Assembly: GCA_039621445.1 (NCBI GenBank)
Contig: CP154954.1
Location: 23,944,954-24,008,953, forward strand
Direction: 5' to 3'
Source of the DNA: Euglena gracilis
Lineage: Eukaryota
DNA length: 64,000 bases
Of this stretch, positions 27,334 through 42,224 are shown piece after piece (the first letter of the stretch is position 1; every line of letters begins with the position of its first letter). The notes beneath the pieces were generated by a model. It did not search any database. It had not been told where the DNA came from and worked only from the letters and a program-made list of their open reading frames with translations. Both the position numbers and the translations under genes were made by a program.

Positions 27334-30300
27334 CCCAGGGGTCATCCCGTGGGGGATTCACAACTCCTTGCCGTGCTTTGGAGGGTCAAAAGCATCAAGG
27401 TCCGGCCTTTTCTGGGTTTCAACCGGCAGTTCAAAACCCTGTCCCTAAAATGAAACTTGTGTCCCTTCGCACAGTGCAAAGGAATAGAAAAGGCTGCAGG
27501 TGCCTAAGAACATGGTTGGGCCAGAGCAGGCTGAATTTGAACTAGCTTCTGGTCCACCGAATTCAGGACAGAACCGGCATTGCTCCATCTGCATGACGGC
27601 GGCGGCTCCGTCCAAAATAAGAAGGGTGACCAAAATGTCAGAAAAACAGCCAGAAAACTTTTGTTGAAATCCGCATCTGATTCTGCAAGCACATAGCGCA
27701 GTCAAATGGGCCGTTGCATGCAACAGATTAGAAATTTCAAATTTTCTGAAATTTTTGGCTCTGTGGGGTTCTGAAAGAGGCAAAATTTTGGGGCAGATTG
27801 ACAGATCGGCAGGTTCCGGGGCGTACTGCAGATCAAATCAGGAACTGGCAAGTAATTTTTGTAACTCTATGTCAGGAAGGACCCACCCGCCGGCTTGCCC
27901 AAAGCCCAGCGTGGAGGGGGGGTCTTGCTTTAAGTGGGCAAGGAGAATAGGTCAGGAAGATGTAAGCGTTCCAAGGTACCACGTTTTCAACTGTATGAAC
28001 CAATAGAAATCCCTTTAAAAGGGCTTTTGCTCAACGACAAATATTAATTGACCCCCCCCCATTTGTCCCCCCCCCTAAGTGGCCAGAGCGAGCCCAGGTG
28101 GCCAACTAGGGGGGGCGGTACTCATTTCAAAAGAAAATGTCTTATGACGAGGCTTTTTAGGGGGTAAGAGTTGGATCTGCTGCGCAGATAAAAGCTATGA
28201 AACAAGCAGCAGGAAATTTCTATTAGAACTAGCTCAATTTGCAGAATTAGAAGCTTTTTCACAATTTGCGTCAGGGGTTTTGCGACCATGAAGGCCGCCC
28301 CGGGTGTCCAATTACAGGGCGTCCCCCCAAATTGTGCACCCCCCAATTGGCCGGGGGGGGGATGGGCAATGGGCCAAAATAGAGGGGGTCGCGTAAAACA
28401 ATATGCAAAACCCCAAAATTCGGTTGTTCTCCGACAATATGTTTCCGACTCTGAAAAACCAAGAGATATCATGAAGAAAGAGCTTCCAATCTATGCGCGA
28501 TGTGACACAAAATGCAAAAACTATTCAGAAGACAAAATTGCGGGAAAAAAACACTAAACTTAAGTACTGCAACGCATTGTGTTTCCCACTGGCAGGCAGG
28601 AGCAGCATATACCCCTTGAAAAGTGTTTTTGATCATATGACTTCATTCAACATAAAACTGGAACAGCAGCTGTAACGATGTAACTTAGGCTTCACCAGTC
28701 CTACACTAGCGTCCTGGCCCAATGTGTCAAAATTTTTGCCCAGCACCTTCAAATTTTTTGCCCAGCGCCTTCAAAAAATTTGCCCGGGGGTCGCATAAAT
28801 TTTTGCACTGCACTGCACTACACTGCACTGTACTGCGTCCCAAAAAAGTATATGAACTTGTTCAGGATAAAAAATTCACTCCGTCATTATATTTTGCTGA
28901 AAATCAATCAAAAAAAGCCTCGCATTGTATCAATGGAAAAAGATCCATTCCGGTGGGAGTTTCAAAGTGCAACTGTGCAAAAACACCCGATCCGAGTGCA
29001 GAAATTTTCGGAACGGAGGCAAATAATTTGGGGATAAGGTGGAAACATTTTTGAGATAAAATGCAAATAAATGTGTGGAACTTGCAAACTTTTTTGAAAT
29101 AAAGTGCAAAAAAAATTGACCAAAAGTGCAAAAATGTATGGTGTGCAGTGCGAAGCAGTCGGTATTTAGGTGTAAATTAATGGTTAAATCCCAGAACCAC
29201 CAAAAGAATGATAATCCTACAGGTAATAACCTCACATCAGAATGCAACACTAAAAATTCTAGTTTTAGTGTTTTAGTGTTCTAACACACATGTTGGGATC
29301 ATCAGATGGCCCCTTGCGAAAAGCTTTCAATCCAGGTGAGGTGTGACATAAATCTGAGCAACCCGTGAAAATCCGAAATTAAGAAAATTGAAACCGCTAA
29401 ACAAAGTAGTTCTGGGCACCACATTTTTGATTGTTCAAAATCAATGGATCGGTTGTCTAAACAAAAAGAGATACAATCACAATCAAGGGAATTTGGGAAA
29501 CATCAAAAAAGTAGCGGAAAAATTCACCAGTCTGAAAATGATTTGCTGGACCATTAACAAAAGTTTAGTGTTCCGATTCTGTCCCTGATTTCGAAATTCA
29601 AGCTGAAATATCGAGGGGGTAGGGGTAACGCCGGTATGCACCTAGAATCAGAGCTGGTGAGGAGTTTGGAGAGACGAGGAATTAGGGAGGAGTTTATTGA
29701 AAATAAAAATGTTTCTAAAAATTATTAATTTTTTTATAAAAACAAAAACCATGAAACATTTTTGAAAATAAAAATTACTGGGCATCACCATCTCCTCATG
29801 TCCCAAAATACCTCGCCGGGGGGATCGACAAGGAACTAATGAAAAAAAGCCAGCAAGTTTTTTGAATGATTATTCCATTTCAACGCCTTCTTGGATGTCT
29901 TTTGGGCAATTTTCGTCAAATATACGTTTTTGATGTCAAATTTGCACCTTATTTTGTGCTTCTTTTTCCAGGATGCTTTTTTGGAGCATGATTAATTTCT
30001 GCCACCTCAGGGGTGTGGAGCCAAAACCAGTTAGTCTCTCCGAAAAACCAGTCAGTGGGGGGCAGACACAATTTGAGCAACGTGGTATGCCATGGCATTG
30101 GAAAAAAAAATTTGGCCAACACTGCTTGCTTTTGAGCCATTTGGATGTGAGCAAAATCACCAACCTACACAACTTTTACCAAGGGGGGTCACTTCCGCTT
30201 TTCCAAAAATCGGTCACTCACTTTTTTTTTCGGAAAACCAGTCAGGCACCCCCCGATGGGGGGGGAGGGTCGGCCCACTCTGAAATCCAAAGAAAAAACG

Positions 30301-33039
30301 TGAAAATTTGAAAACCCGAAACCGTGAAATGATGGCAAAAAAAACTTTCCGTACCTCCTACTTTTCCTAAAAGTGTGCGGGGTTCACTTGGTAGTGGGTT
30401 TTTTGCCAACCTCCCCCCTGCACCTCAAAAAATATTTTCACCCTGTCCCCAATGGTGGGGAAGCAATGGTGGGGTCTTGACACAGCCTCGGCAAAGCTGG
30501 AAATTAAAAAAAAAGCATGTTTTACTTCTTAGGAATTATTTGAGGGAATTTCTTAAGCACCCCCCAGGCTCCAAGCCGGCTGGCTGGAAAAAGGTGCTGG
30601 TTGGAATCCCTTGGGGGGGGGGGGGAGGTGCCAGGCTGGCACCCGAAACAGGCAAAGAGGCCCAAATCCAGCTAGGGTGGAATTTTCAGCCAAATTTTTG
30701 AGGTGAAAAATCAAAAAAATCCGGGGGGGTCAGCAGAGCTGCTGGCTGGAAGAAAAACACACACACACACACACAAAGGAGCTGGCCCCTGCGGGGCAGG
30801 GTCCAGCTTAAAAAATTCCCCTCGTCGTCGGGTCAAGTGGTCAAATGCAACCTCCTCACAAGCTTGGTTGTTGTTCCCAAAAACTCTCCCCTCCCCACCT
30901 CCCCTTGGAAAACCCCTGCGCCAAATGCTTCACTTTGACAAACCTTCCGGGGGGCTGGGTGAGAGCTGAGAAACTTTGGGAGCCAAGCGCATCAACCTGG
31001 ATTGAAGCGAGCGGAAATGGGCGTTTTCCAATATTTCAATGTTTAGCACCCAAGAATCCGCTTCAGCACTTTTGCCCATCCTCTCACTGTGGCTGGTGCT
31101 TCCCAATATCAATGAGGAATGCAGCCCCGCCTAAATATTTCCCTCTGTGTTTTACAATTTTCTCTCTGTAGGGCAGAAGAATTGGACATTGTGGGGGAAA
31201 ATCGAGTTTTTGAACATGGTCTAAGTGTTTTTATGGGAAGAAAAGCATTGGCACACCTCCCATGAATAACGTTGCATGTCAGAATCACCACCAAACTCTC
31301 TGCACAGAAATTACAAACCCGCTTTTCCACTCATGGCAGTGAATGCCCCAGACAGTGAAACCCATCAAAAAGGGTTAATCTCCTTTCCCTCTCTCTCTCT
31401 CTCCCTCTGGTTTGCCACAGACAATGAAGCAATTTCAAGTCTTTTCAGGGATTGGAAACTCTCCACCCATATCACCCCCATATGCCATAGTTGATAATGC
31501 AGATCAATGCGATACAGGCAGGTCCCAGGGGGTTTGGAACCCCCCCCATTGCGTTGTCCCCACAGTTGAGAACCCGTCATGCCCTCTTACAAGGCATTTT
31601 TCCTTAAAATGAGAAAAAGGAAAGCCACCTGCTCTGGTATTTGCCTCCTTGGGGGGGGGGGATGAGTCATGTCAATTGATTCTTTGTGCAGAGGATTGGT
31701 TGGGATGATTGACAAGATAAAACAAAGAAATGTGGAACACAATACTTCCAAATAGCATGAGGGCAACCGCAACGTCTCGATCATCGTATTTGGCTTGATG
31801 GAAGTGTTGGGTTGCATGCAAGGCATTGCAACAAAGTGAAAGATCAAATCGTCCATGGTTGCCCCCCCCAAAAAACCTAATCCGACAACTTCAAAAGAAA
31901 AAACAGCTGAATCCCCCCTCCGAGCAGCTGAGAAGTGGACTTAAACCCCCCTCCAAATAAAAGCCCCCCCCCCCCAATGACAAACCCCCCAAATAGAAGC
32001 CTCCCTCGGGTTTCCAAATAACATATCCCAATCCAATCCAAATCCAAATAATAATCCAAATCCAATCCAAATCCAAATCCAAATAATCCAAATAATAAAT
32101 AATAATAACCCAATCCGAATAACGCCCCCCCCCCCCCAGGCAGCCGCACTCATTCAAGGCGTTGGCAAACTGCAAGTACACAAAAGCAACATGGATTCGG
32201 GGTTTTGCCATAGTCTTAGCAACCTTTGGTTTCTTGAACCGTTTGGTGAGAGGGTTGGGACAGAGGACTCTTGGCACATAAAAAATAGGTATTTCCACAT
32301 CTCAAAAGGAGTCCAAAAAAAACCGAAGCGCCGAAATTTGCCTTTTTTGGGCCACACAAGGGTGCCCAATTAGAAGCCCCCGCTCGGGTTTTCCGCAGAC
32401 TGACCGAATACCAGCCCCGTTAGAAGCCCCAGGGGCTTTTAATTGGGGGGTTAACGTGACCCCCCCCCTATATGTCACCCCCCCCCTAATTGTCGGCAGG
32501 GGGGGCGACAATTAGGGGGGGGGTGCCCATCCTATGCACATGTAGGGTAAATTGAGTAACCCCCCCTAAATGTCACCCCCCCCTAATTGTCGCCAAGGGG
32601 GGTCAAAAGACTTCCTGGGGGGTGCCATATAGAGGGGGGGGGGGGTCACGTTAGTCTATAAAGGCTTGGCTTTAAGCCAACTCCTTTGAAACACCTGAAA
32701 AGCAACAGGGAACATGCTCCCATGCATTCCAATCTTCCTAACCTGCGCATGGCAATTATGGCTCAAAAATGGCAACACCTTGAGGATGGTTGCATCCCCG
32801 TGGGCCACATCCCACGCCAAACTCTCCAGTGGGTGTAAGAAAAAAACGGAAAAAACAAAAGACAAATTCAATAACAGGTGACTGTGTGAATTGAAAAAAG
32901 CAAAAAAAAAAAAGGCAAAGAAAAAAGCAGTTCCTTCTTCTCCAGAGTAATTAGTAATTACCCATCCTAGATGGGTCAGAACTGAAACACACTTCCACCG
33001 TTCCACTTGTTGTATATCAACTATGACCATGCTCACAAT

Positions 33040-33324
33040 GGAGACTAGGTGCGCTGTTAACCAAAGACCCTTGTTCCCCCTCCCCCTCCAATGCCGCGGC
33101 GCCCCCCTCGGACCCCTCCCCCTCCCGAAAATAGCCCAAAACCATTGTACTGATTTTTTCAACATTTTTTCCTCCAAAATCGCCATCCCGACCTGAAAAA
33201 TTGCGAAAAAGTGTCTTTTTTCAAAAAAAGCCAAAATTTGGCAAAAGTGCCACGTGTGACGCCTTGGCTAGACACCCCTCAAAACGGCGCGCGCCGCAGC
33301 GCACCCCCCCCCTGCCCAGTCTCC
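33040..33324. mobile_element. Short diverged member of the GGAGGCTAGGC TIR family
   Basis: AAT|GGAGACTAGG...CCCAGTCTCC|AAT, 3-bp TSD. A further right end of the family sits at 34050. Confidence 0.55.
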
Positions 33325-36300
33325 AATGACATATACATATACATTGGTGAGTTTTTTTAATTGACAAGAATTGTGGCAGCTTCACAATTTCTTCTCACCC
33401 CTCATTCAAAATTGGAAAATATTGCTTGTAATTACGCATTTGTGGTCAATTTTTTTACCTTGATAAATTCACCCAAATAATGAACATCCCATTGACCTCC
33501 TCAGGCCAGCCATCAGCTGTGTGCTCCCCCGAATTGAAAATGAGAAATTCTCTCTTGATTGGTAGGGGGATTCCCGGATCCCCCCCCCCATCCAGATGCA
33601 TTTTGCTGGATCATCTCTGCTGGCCGAAGGTCCAACTGAACTGCCCAGGAGCCCCCCCCCCCCCGCCCCCCTCCCGTGCGGCCCCTGTGCGGCCGCTCGC
33701 GCGACCGCTCACCCCCCCCTCGACCCCTCCCCACTGTGCCTAGTTTCCCCAAGAAAAAAAATGCCCGAAAAAAATTGCGACTTTTTTGAGTCCCAAAAAT
33801 GGCCAAAAATGACCATTTTCGGACATAAAATGGCAAATTTGGGGGCTGCACACGATGGGCCAAGCCCAAAAAGCACTTTTTTTTAATCGAAAATGGCCCC
33901 AAAAATGGCCAAAATAACCACTTTTTAAACCCAAAAATCACCAATTTTGGATGCGCGCCGCCCGCGCGGCCGCCCTCAGCCCCCCCCCCCCCGCACGGCT
34001 GCCAGCGCGGCCGCTCGCCCCCCCTTCAACCCCCATTGTGCCTAGCCTCCAATGCAGGTCATTGCTGCAACGACGCTTACCCTCACCCCCCCAAAGTGTC
34101 CCCAGGGGGGGGGGGAGAAACTGCACATGGGCCAGTCAAAAACTGCACTGCAAAAAACTGCAAAAAAAAAACTGCAAAACAACCTGCAAAAAACTGCACT
34201 TCAACAAAAAAAAAAAATGACAATAAACAAGCTGAAATGGTGTGCATATGCAAAACAACGTAAATTGCGGCCACATGATCACGCCCCAATTCACCGAACT
34301 TTTCTTTGCGCAGCTTTGGAACTGATGGCGACAAAAATGGAAGCAGTCAATCAAGGTACACTGTACATGGTTTTTCATGCACTGAAATGCAAGTCATGTG
34401 TTTGGATGCCGGTTCACACCGGTTTTCCTGCACCAAAAATTGTACCGACCTGCCCACAAAGATGCCAAACAATTTCCTTTATAAATATGGAAAAAAATGC
34501 ACATAAACCCGAACACAGCAATTTTGGTTGGGGAGAAATTGTGCCCTTATCACCGAAGCAATCTGTTTTTTTTGGAATGGTGGCTACAACAATCGCTGTT
34601 GTATTAAGAGGCAAAGCAATTGGCAAGACAGTTGGAGGCAAGACAACCGATGGGATAACTCAACTCATGAACAGATGATGCTTTCTCTTGAGAAACCCCC
34701 TTCAAACATGTGATCCAGCGTAATGAGGTGCAGAGCACCAAAAAATAAACACCTCAGGTTTTCTCAAAACTAGATCAAAAAAAACTGCAAAAAAACTGCA
34801 CGTGTGCAGCTTTTTCAGAAAAAAAAAAAAGCTGCAAAAAACTGCAAAAAAAAACCCGCAAAAACCCCAAAACGTGAAAACTGCAAAAACTGCACGGTGC
34901 ATATTCCCCCCCCCTGGTGTCCCCCTCAGAGTTTCCAAATTTTTTTAAAGTGGCCACTTCCTTTTTGGCGCCGAAACCCAAAACTTTAGTCCCCCCCCCA
35001 CAGTGTCCCCTCCCCTAGAGTCAGCGGTGTCGGAACAATTTTTTCCCGGGGGGGCGAAGAACCGACAAAATTTGGAGCACATCCTTTTTTTCCCCGGCGC
35101 GAAGCGCCGAGGAAAATTTTTTTCATGGCACAACAAAATGTACTTTTTTCTGTCCCCCTGGCCCCGAAGGGGCCGAGACGCTAACGCCTTTTTTGAAGTC
35201 CAATGCTCCAAAAACTTGAGCTAGAAAGCGAAATCATGGGTAGAACCCCTTTGGAAACCTCCCAACTCAAGCCACCTGTCGACTTCACAACCTGGGGGGG
35301 GTGAAGAAGCCATTTTTTTTCACTTTGCGCAAAATCATTTTTTTCGTTGACCCGAAGAGTTTCCCCCAAACTCGGCTAGTCAAGAAAATGGAGGGAGGGG
35401 GACATATGGGGATATCAGTTTGTATTCAAACAGCCAAGGTGAAAGTGGTTTGTGGGGTCCCAAAAAACAAAAAGCACCAAAGGCGGGGAAAAAAAGTCGG
35501 TTTGTGGCCAAAAGCCAAACCGGACGCCAGGTTTTGGACAGAACCGGCGTTCCTGACGCCAGGTTTTAGGACAGAACCGGCGTCCGGAAAACCCGTGGGG
35601 GGGACGCCGGTTCTGTCCTGAACCGAGCGTCTCAAACGCCGGTTTAAACATCAAGAAGTGCCGTGGGTTTTTTTCAAGGATTTTTATTTCGGCCGCCTTT
35701 GGCGGCCGAGACGGTAATGGATTTTGCAATTTCATTACAAAAATGTGCTTTTAACTGGCAAGGTGGCTGCCGAAGGCAGCCGAGACTTAAACACACCCTT
35801 TAAATTTAAGCAATTGTATGAATAGAACTATATATATTTTCATTAGTGATCTGTTGTGGATGATGTCACACATTTCTGCATGGACCACGCAGTAACATTT
35901 GCAACACCGAAGGTGACGGGAGATTCCTTTTGCCCTTAAATTTCTGATGTTTTTGCACTTTGAACCATTGAACATGGCATTACAAAGAAAAATATCACAT
36001 TCATGCTGCAAAAAAAAAATTTATTTCCAAAAACCCGGGGGGGCGGCTGCCCCCCCCCCCGACCCCCCCTTGTGACACCTATGCCTAGAGTGGCCGTTTT
36101 GGGGTTCCGTGCGGCCTGGAGGGTGGCCACTTTGAGGGGGGGGGGGTGAGGGTAATTGCAATCCTGGGCCAGAACACAGGAGAGAAATCGTGCTTTGTTT
36201 TTCGAGTCACTTACCCTAACCCCCCCCTCTTAACGAGCGCCCCCTCCCCTAAATGAGCCTTTTGGCTCCGGAAAATTTTTTTTCGTTGCTTCTCTCATTT

Positions 36301-37134
36301 AGATGAGGGGTTTTGGTAACCCCACCCCTAAATGAACCTTTTGGGGGTCCGGGACCGACATAAGGAGGCTCGTTTAGAGGGGGGGTTAGGGCACCATGCT
36401 CCTCCCCATATAAGACCAAAATGGGGACACGGGGGGGGGACGCGGGGGGACACCCTCCAATGCAGAAATCAATCATTGCGGACGTCTTTTCCCTAAAAAC
36501 CTTTCATTACCAGACAGTTAAGAGATAGGGGGTGTACGGGTCGCGGGGGGGGGTCGCTGGGGGTCGCGAGGGGGGGGGGTCGCCGGGGGAACGTGGCAGT
36601 TTTGACGGGTCACGTGTGACCAGTGTGACCTCACATACAACGTCACACGTGACCTATTTTTAGAACGTTTGGGTCCAAAAATAGGAATTTGTTATGACAA
36701 TTAGGAATTTATCACACATGTTTGGCAATTTTGATTCCTAATTTGGGTGCCAATTCCTAATTTGGTGCCATTTTTGGCTCCTACTTGGATGCGGAAACCC
36801 TCCATGTGGGGGTTGCGGGGGGAGGGGGTCGCGGGGGGTACACCCCCATACAGGAGATCAGGCGGTAACTTTCGGGATTTTTGACCCCCCCCCCCTAGGT
36901 GAAGTTCACCGTTTGAAAGTTCACCAGGATCCCGGACCCTCACCCCTCTGCCTAACCCAACGGTGAACTTTGCTGGTGAAGTTCACCATTGGAGCACTTT
37001 TTTGGCCAAAAACTGGCCAAAAATGACATTTTGGACAAGTTTCAAATGTACACTGACTGGGTTTATGGGATAAATGGTTCTGGAAATGGAAATGATAACC
37101 CATACCCACTTTCTTGTTTCTGAAATGTTAACCA

Positions 37135-40100
37135 GGTTTTGAATAATGCTGAGCTCTTAATAAGCGCGCCCCCACCCCTTCATTGACCGGGTTTTGAATA
37201 GTGCTAAGCTCTTCATATACGCGCCCCCACGCCTTCATTGACCTTGATAAGCGCGCTCCCACCCCTCCATTGACCAGGTTTTGAATAGTGCTGAGCTCTT
37301 AATAAGCGCGCACCCACCCCAACATCGTTTCGGGCAAAAAAAATTTTTTCGATTTTTTTTGACTTTTTTGACCCGGGTTTGACCCAAAGTCAATGGGTCG
37401 GCGGCCCAAAACGGGGCGCTGGCGGGTCGAAAAACGCTCGTTTTCGGCTCAAAAACAGTTTTTCCGGGTCCGTGAGGCCGAAAAACATCGTTTCGGGCAA
37501 AAAAAAATTTCGATTTTTTTCGACTTTTTTGACCCGGTTTTGACCCGAAGTCAATGGGTCGGCGGCCCAAAACGGGGCGCTGGCGGGTCGAAAAACACTC
37601 GTTTTCGGCTCAAAAACAGTTTTTCCGGGTCCGGGAGGCCTAAAAACATCGTTTCGGGCAAAAAAAAATTTTCGATTTTTTTCGACTTTTTTTGACCCGG
37701 TTTTGACCCGAAGTCAATGGGTCGGCGGCCCAAAACGGGGCGCTGGCGGGTCGAAAAACGCTCGTTTTCGGCTCAAAAACAGTTTTTCCGGGTCCGGGAG
37801 GCCGAAAAACATCGTTTCGGGCAAAAAAATTTTTTTCGATTTTTTTCGACTTTTTTGACCCGGTTTTGACCCGAAGTCAATGGGTCGGCGGCCCAAAACG
37901 GGGCGCTGGCGGGTCGAAAAACGCTCGTTTTCGGCTCAAAAACAGGTTTTCCGGGTCCGGGAGGCCGAAAAACATCGTTTCGGGCAAAAAAAATTTTTTC
38001 GATTTTTTTGGACTTTTTTGACCCGGTTTTGACCCGAAGTCAATGGGTCGGCCGCCCAAAACGGGGCGCTGGCGGGTCGAAAAACGCTCGTTTTCGGCTC
38101 AAAAACAGTTTTTCCGGGTCCGGGAGGCCAAAAAACATCGTTTCGGGCAAAAAAAATTTTTGATTTTTTTCGACTTTTTTGGCCGAAAACGACAAAGTCG
38201 AACAATGGAAAAAATGTACAAAATTGCCTAAAATGGCCTAAATTGGCCGAAAAACGCCCGTATCTCGGGCTACGCGGGGAGTTGTGGGGAAACCATAATC
38301 CCAGTACATAGAGCGTCCCAGGGGCTTCAATTTAGGTCTCTGGACATTTCCTTTGATTTTGCATCATTTTCGAGAAATTTTGAAAACATTGGTTTTTTGA
38401 CCCCCGCACCCCCCGAAAACGGCTAAGTCGAACAGTGGGAAAAGTGTACAAAACGGCCATCTGGGCTAAAAACGGCCGTATCTCGGGCCAGGCGGAGAGT
38501 TGCGGGGAAATCAAAATACCAGTAGATGGGGCGTTCCAAGGGCTTCAAATTAGGTCTCCGGACATTTCCTTTGATTTTGCTTCATTTTGGAGATATTTTG
38601 AAAATTGACATTTTTTTGGCCGAAATGGCAGAGTCCAAAGGGGGGGGGGGCTTATCCAGGGGGGGCGGGTAAATCCCACCCAGTTTGGACCCCTTCGCGC
38701 GTGAATAACTCGGGCCTGGCGGGGAGTTGGGGGTCAACTCCGGGTGCTTCGGAAACTAGGAATCCAGTCGCTCGCGACTGAAAAAAAACAATCCGGGAAC
38801 CGGGCCGGGATCATGGTGATAATCCGTCGGTTCCCGAGGTGGCCCCGCCCCGGGGGGGGGGGGGGGGGGGGGGGGGTCGAGGGGGGGGGTGTCGCCGGGG
38901 CGGTGCGTAAGATTCGATCTTACCTAAAGGGAATAAGAGCTCAGCGACCAGGTTTTGTTGACTAGTGTGAGCTCTTTATAAGCGCGCCCCCACCCTCATT
39001 GAACCCCGGAAAGGAGGAAAGGAGGAAGCAAAGGAGGCCCGAAAAGGAAACGACCGGACATAGGATCCGGAAAGCCGAAGGAAGAGGGAAAGAGAAGGAA
39101 GAAAGGAGGACCATTCCAACGGCACAAGCTGAGGAAAGGACGGTAAACGGAAGGAAGGAGAAAAGGGAAGGGCAAAAGTGGAGGGCAAAGTCGGGCAAAG
39201 GAGTAAAGAAGGAGCGCAAAGGAGCGGAAAGGAGAGAAAGGAGGAAAGGAGGAAAGGAAGGAAGAAGAGAGGACTCAAGGAAGGAGGAAATAGAGGAGGG
39301 AATCGAGAGGAAGAGGCAAGTGAGGAAAGGAGGAAAGCGGAGAGGTCAAAGGACGGCATACAAGGAAGGAGACAGGAGGGCAAGGAGGAAAGGGAACGCT
39401 CATTTTCGATTTTTTTCGACTTTTTTGACCCAAAGTCAATGGGTCGGCCGCCCAAAACGGGGCGCTGGCGGGTCGAAAAACGCTCGTTTTCGGCTCAAAA
39501 ACAGTTTTTCCGGGTCCGGGAGGCCAAAAAACATCGTTTCGGGCAAAAAAAATTTTTGATTTTTTTCGACTTTTTTGGCCGAAAACGACAAAGTCGAACA
39601 ATGGAAAAAATGTACAAAATTGCCTAAAATGGCCTAAATTGGCCGAAAAACGCCCGTATCTCGGGCTACGCGGGGAGTTGTGGGAAACCATAATCCCAGT
39701 ACATAGAGCGTCCCAGGGGCTTCAATTTAGGTCTCTGGACATTTCCTTTGATTTTGCATCATTTTCGAGAAATTTTGAAAACATTGGTTTTTTGACCCCC
39801 GCACCCCCCGAAAACGGCTAAGTCGAACAGTGGGAAAAGTGTACAAAACGGCCATCTGGGCTAAAAACGGCCGTATCTCGGGCCAGGCGGAGAGTTGCGG
39901 GGAAATCAAAATACCAGTAGATGGGGCGTTCCAAGGGCTTCAAATTAGGTCTCCGGACATTTCCTTTGATTTTGCTTCATTTTGGAGATATTTTGAAAAT
40001 TGACATTTTTTTGGCCGAAATGGCAGAGTCCAAAGGGGGTGGGCCTTATCCAGGGGGTGTGGGTAAATCCTACCCAGTTTGGACCCCTTCGCGCGTGAAT

Positions 40101-42190
40101 AACTCGGGCCTGGCGGGGAGTTTGGGGTCAACTCCGGGTGATTCGGCAACTAAGGAATGCGGGCGGTTGCGAGTGAAAAAAAAAATCGGGAAACCGCGCC
40201 GGGATCATGGTGATGATCAGTCGGTTCCCGAGGTGGACCCGACCCGGGGGGGGGGGGGCGGGGGGAGGGGGGTCGAGGGGGGGTTTCGCCGGTTGGTACG
40301 CTTCGCTCTTACCATAAAGGGATAAGAGGGCTCAGCGAATTTTTCCGGGTCCGGCGGCAAAAAAAATCGTCGGGCAAAAAATATTTTTTTTCGATTTTTT
40401 TCGACTTTTTGACCCGTGTTTGACCAAAGTCAATGGGTCAAAAAGGCCCAAGACGGGCGCTGGCGGGCGAAGACCGCTCGTTTTTCGGCTCAAACAAAAG
40501 TTTTTCCAGGTCCGTGATGCCAAAAAACCTCGTTTCGGGCAAAAAATTTTTTTTTTTCGATTTTTTCGACTGTTGGACCCGGTTTTGACCCAAAGTCAAT
40601 GGTTGGGCGGCCAAAACGGGGGCGCTGGCGGGTCGAAAAAAAACGCTCGTTTCGGCTCAAAAAACAAGGTTTTTTCGGGTCCGGGAGGCCAAAAAACATC
40701 GTTTCGGTCAAAAAATTTTTTTTTTCGATTTTTTCGACTTTTTAAACGCTCATTTTCGATTTTTTTCGACTTTTTTGACCCAAAGTCAATGGGTTGGCGG
40801 CCCAAAACGGGGCGCTGGCGGGTCGAAAAACGCTCGTTTTCGGCTCAAAAACAGTTTTTCCGGGTCCGGGAGGCCAAAAAACATCGTTTCGGGCAAAAAA
40901 ATTTTTTTCGATTTTTTTCGACTTTTTTGACCCGGGTTTGACCCAAAGTCAATGGGTTGGCGGCCCAAAACGGGGCGCTGGCGGGTCGAAAAACGCTCGT
41001 TTTCGGCTCAAAAGCAGTTTTTCCGGGTCCGGGAGGCCAAAAAACATCGTTTCGGACAAAAAAAAATTTTTCGATTTTTTTCGACTTTTTTGACCCGGGT
41101 TTGACCCGAAGTCAATGGGTCGGCGGCCCAAAACAGGGCGCTGGCGGGTCGAAAAACGCTCGTTTTCGGCTCAAAAGCAGTTTTTCCGGGTCCGGGAGGC
41201 CAAAAAACATCGTTTCAGACAAAAAAAATTTTTTCGATTTTTTTCGACTTTTTTGACCAGGGTTTGACCCAAAGTCAATGGGTCGGCGGCCCAAAACGGG
41301 GCGCTGGCGGGTCGAAAAACGCTCGTTTTCGGCTCAAAAGCAGTTTTTCCGGGTCCGGGAGGCCAAAAAACATCGTTTCGGGCAAAAAAAATTTTTCGAT
41401 TTTTTTCGACTTTTTTGACGCGGGTTTGACCCAAAATCAATGGGTTGGCGGCCCAAAACGGGGCGCTGGCGGGTCGAAAAACGCTCGTTTTCGGCTCAAA
41501 AGCAGTTTTTCCGTCCGGGAGGCCAAACAAAAAACATCGTTTCGGACAAAAAAAAATTTCGATTTTTTTCGACTTTTTTGACCCGGGTTTGACCCAAAGT
41601 CAATGGGTCGGCGGCCCAAAACGGGGCGCTGGCGGGTCGAAAAACGCTCGTTTTCGGCTCAAAACGGTTTTTCTGGGTCCGGGAGGCCAAAAAACATCGT
41701 TTCGGGCAAAAAAAATTCGATTTTTTTGACTTTTTTGGCCGAAAACGGCTAAGTCGGACAGTGGAAAAAGTGTACAAAATGGCCCAAATTGGACGAAAAA
41801 TGGCCGTATCTCGGGCTGGGCGGGGAGCTGCGGGGAAACCAAAATCCCAGTAGATGGAGCGTTCCAAGGGCTTCAATTTAGGTTTCCGGACATTTCCTTT
41901 GATTTGGCTTCATTTTGGAGATATTTTGAAAATTGACATTTTTTGGCCGAAATGGCAGAATCCAAAGGGGGGGCTTAAAAAGGGGGGGCGGGCCGATCCT
42001 ACCCAATTTGGACCCCTTCGCGCGTGAATAACTCGGGCCTGGCGGGGAGTTGGGGGTCAAACCCAGGTGATTCGGAAACTAGAAATCCAGTCGCTCGCAA
42101 ATGAAAAAAAAATCCGGGAACCGGGACGGATCATGGTGATAATCCGTCCGTTCTCCAGGTGGCCCCGACCCGGGGGGGGGGGGGGGGGGG

Positions 42191-42224
<34 letters not shown>

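Noticed and set aside
37321-41740. CRISPR-like array or repeated 60-aa ORFs
   Set aside because: Contiguous 163-bp tandem units without unique spacers, no cas genes, eukaryotic context.
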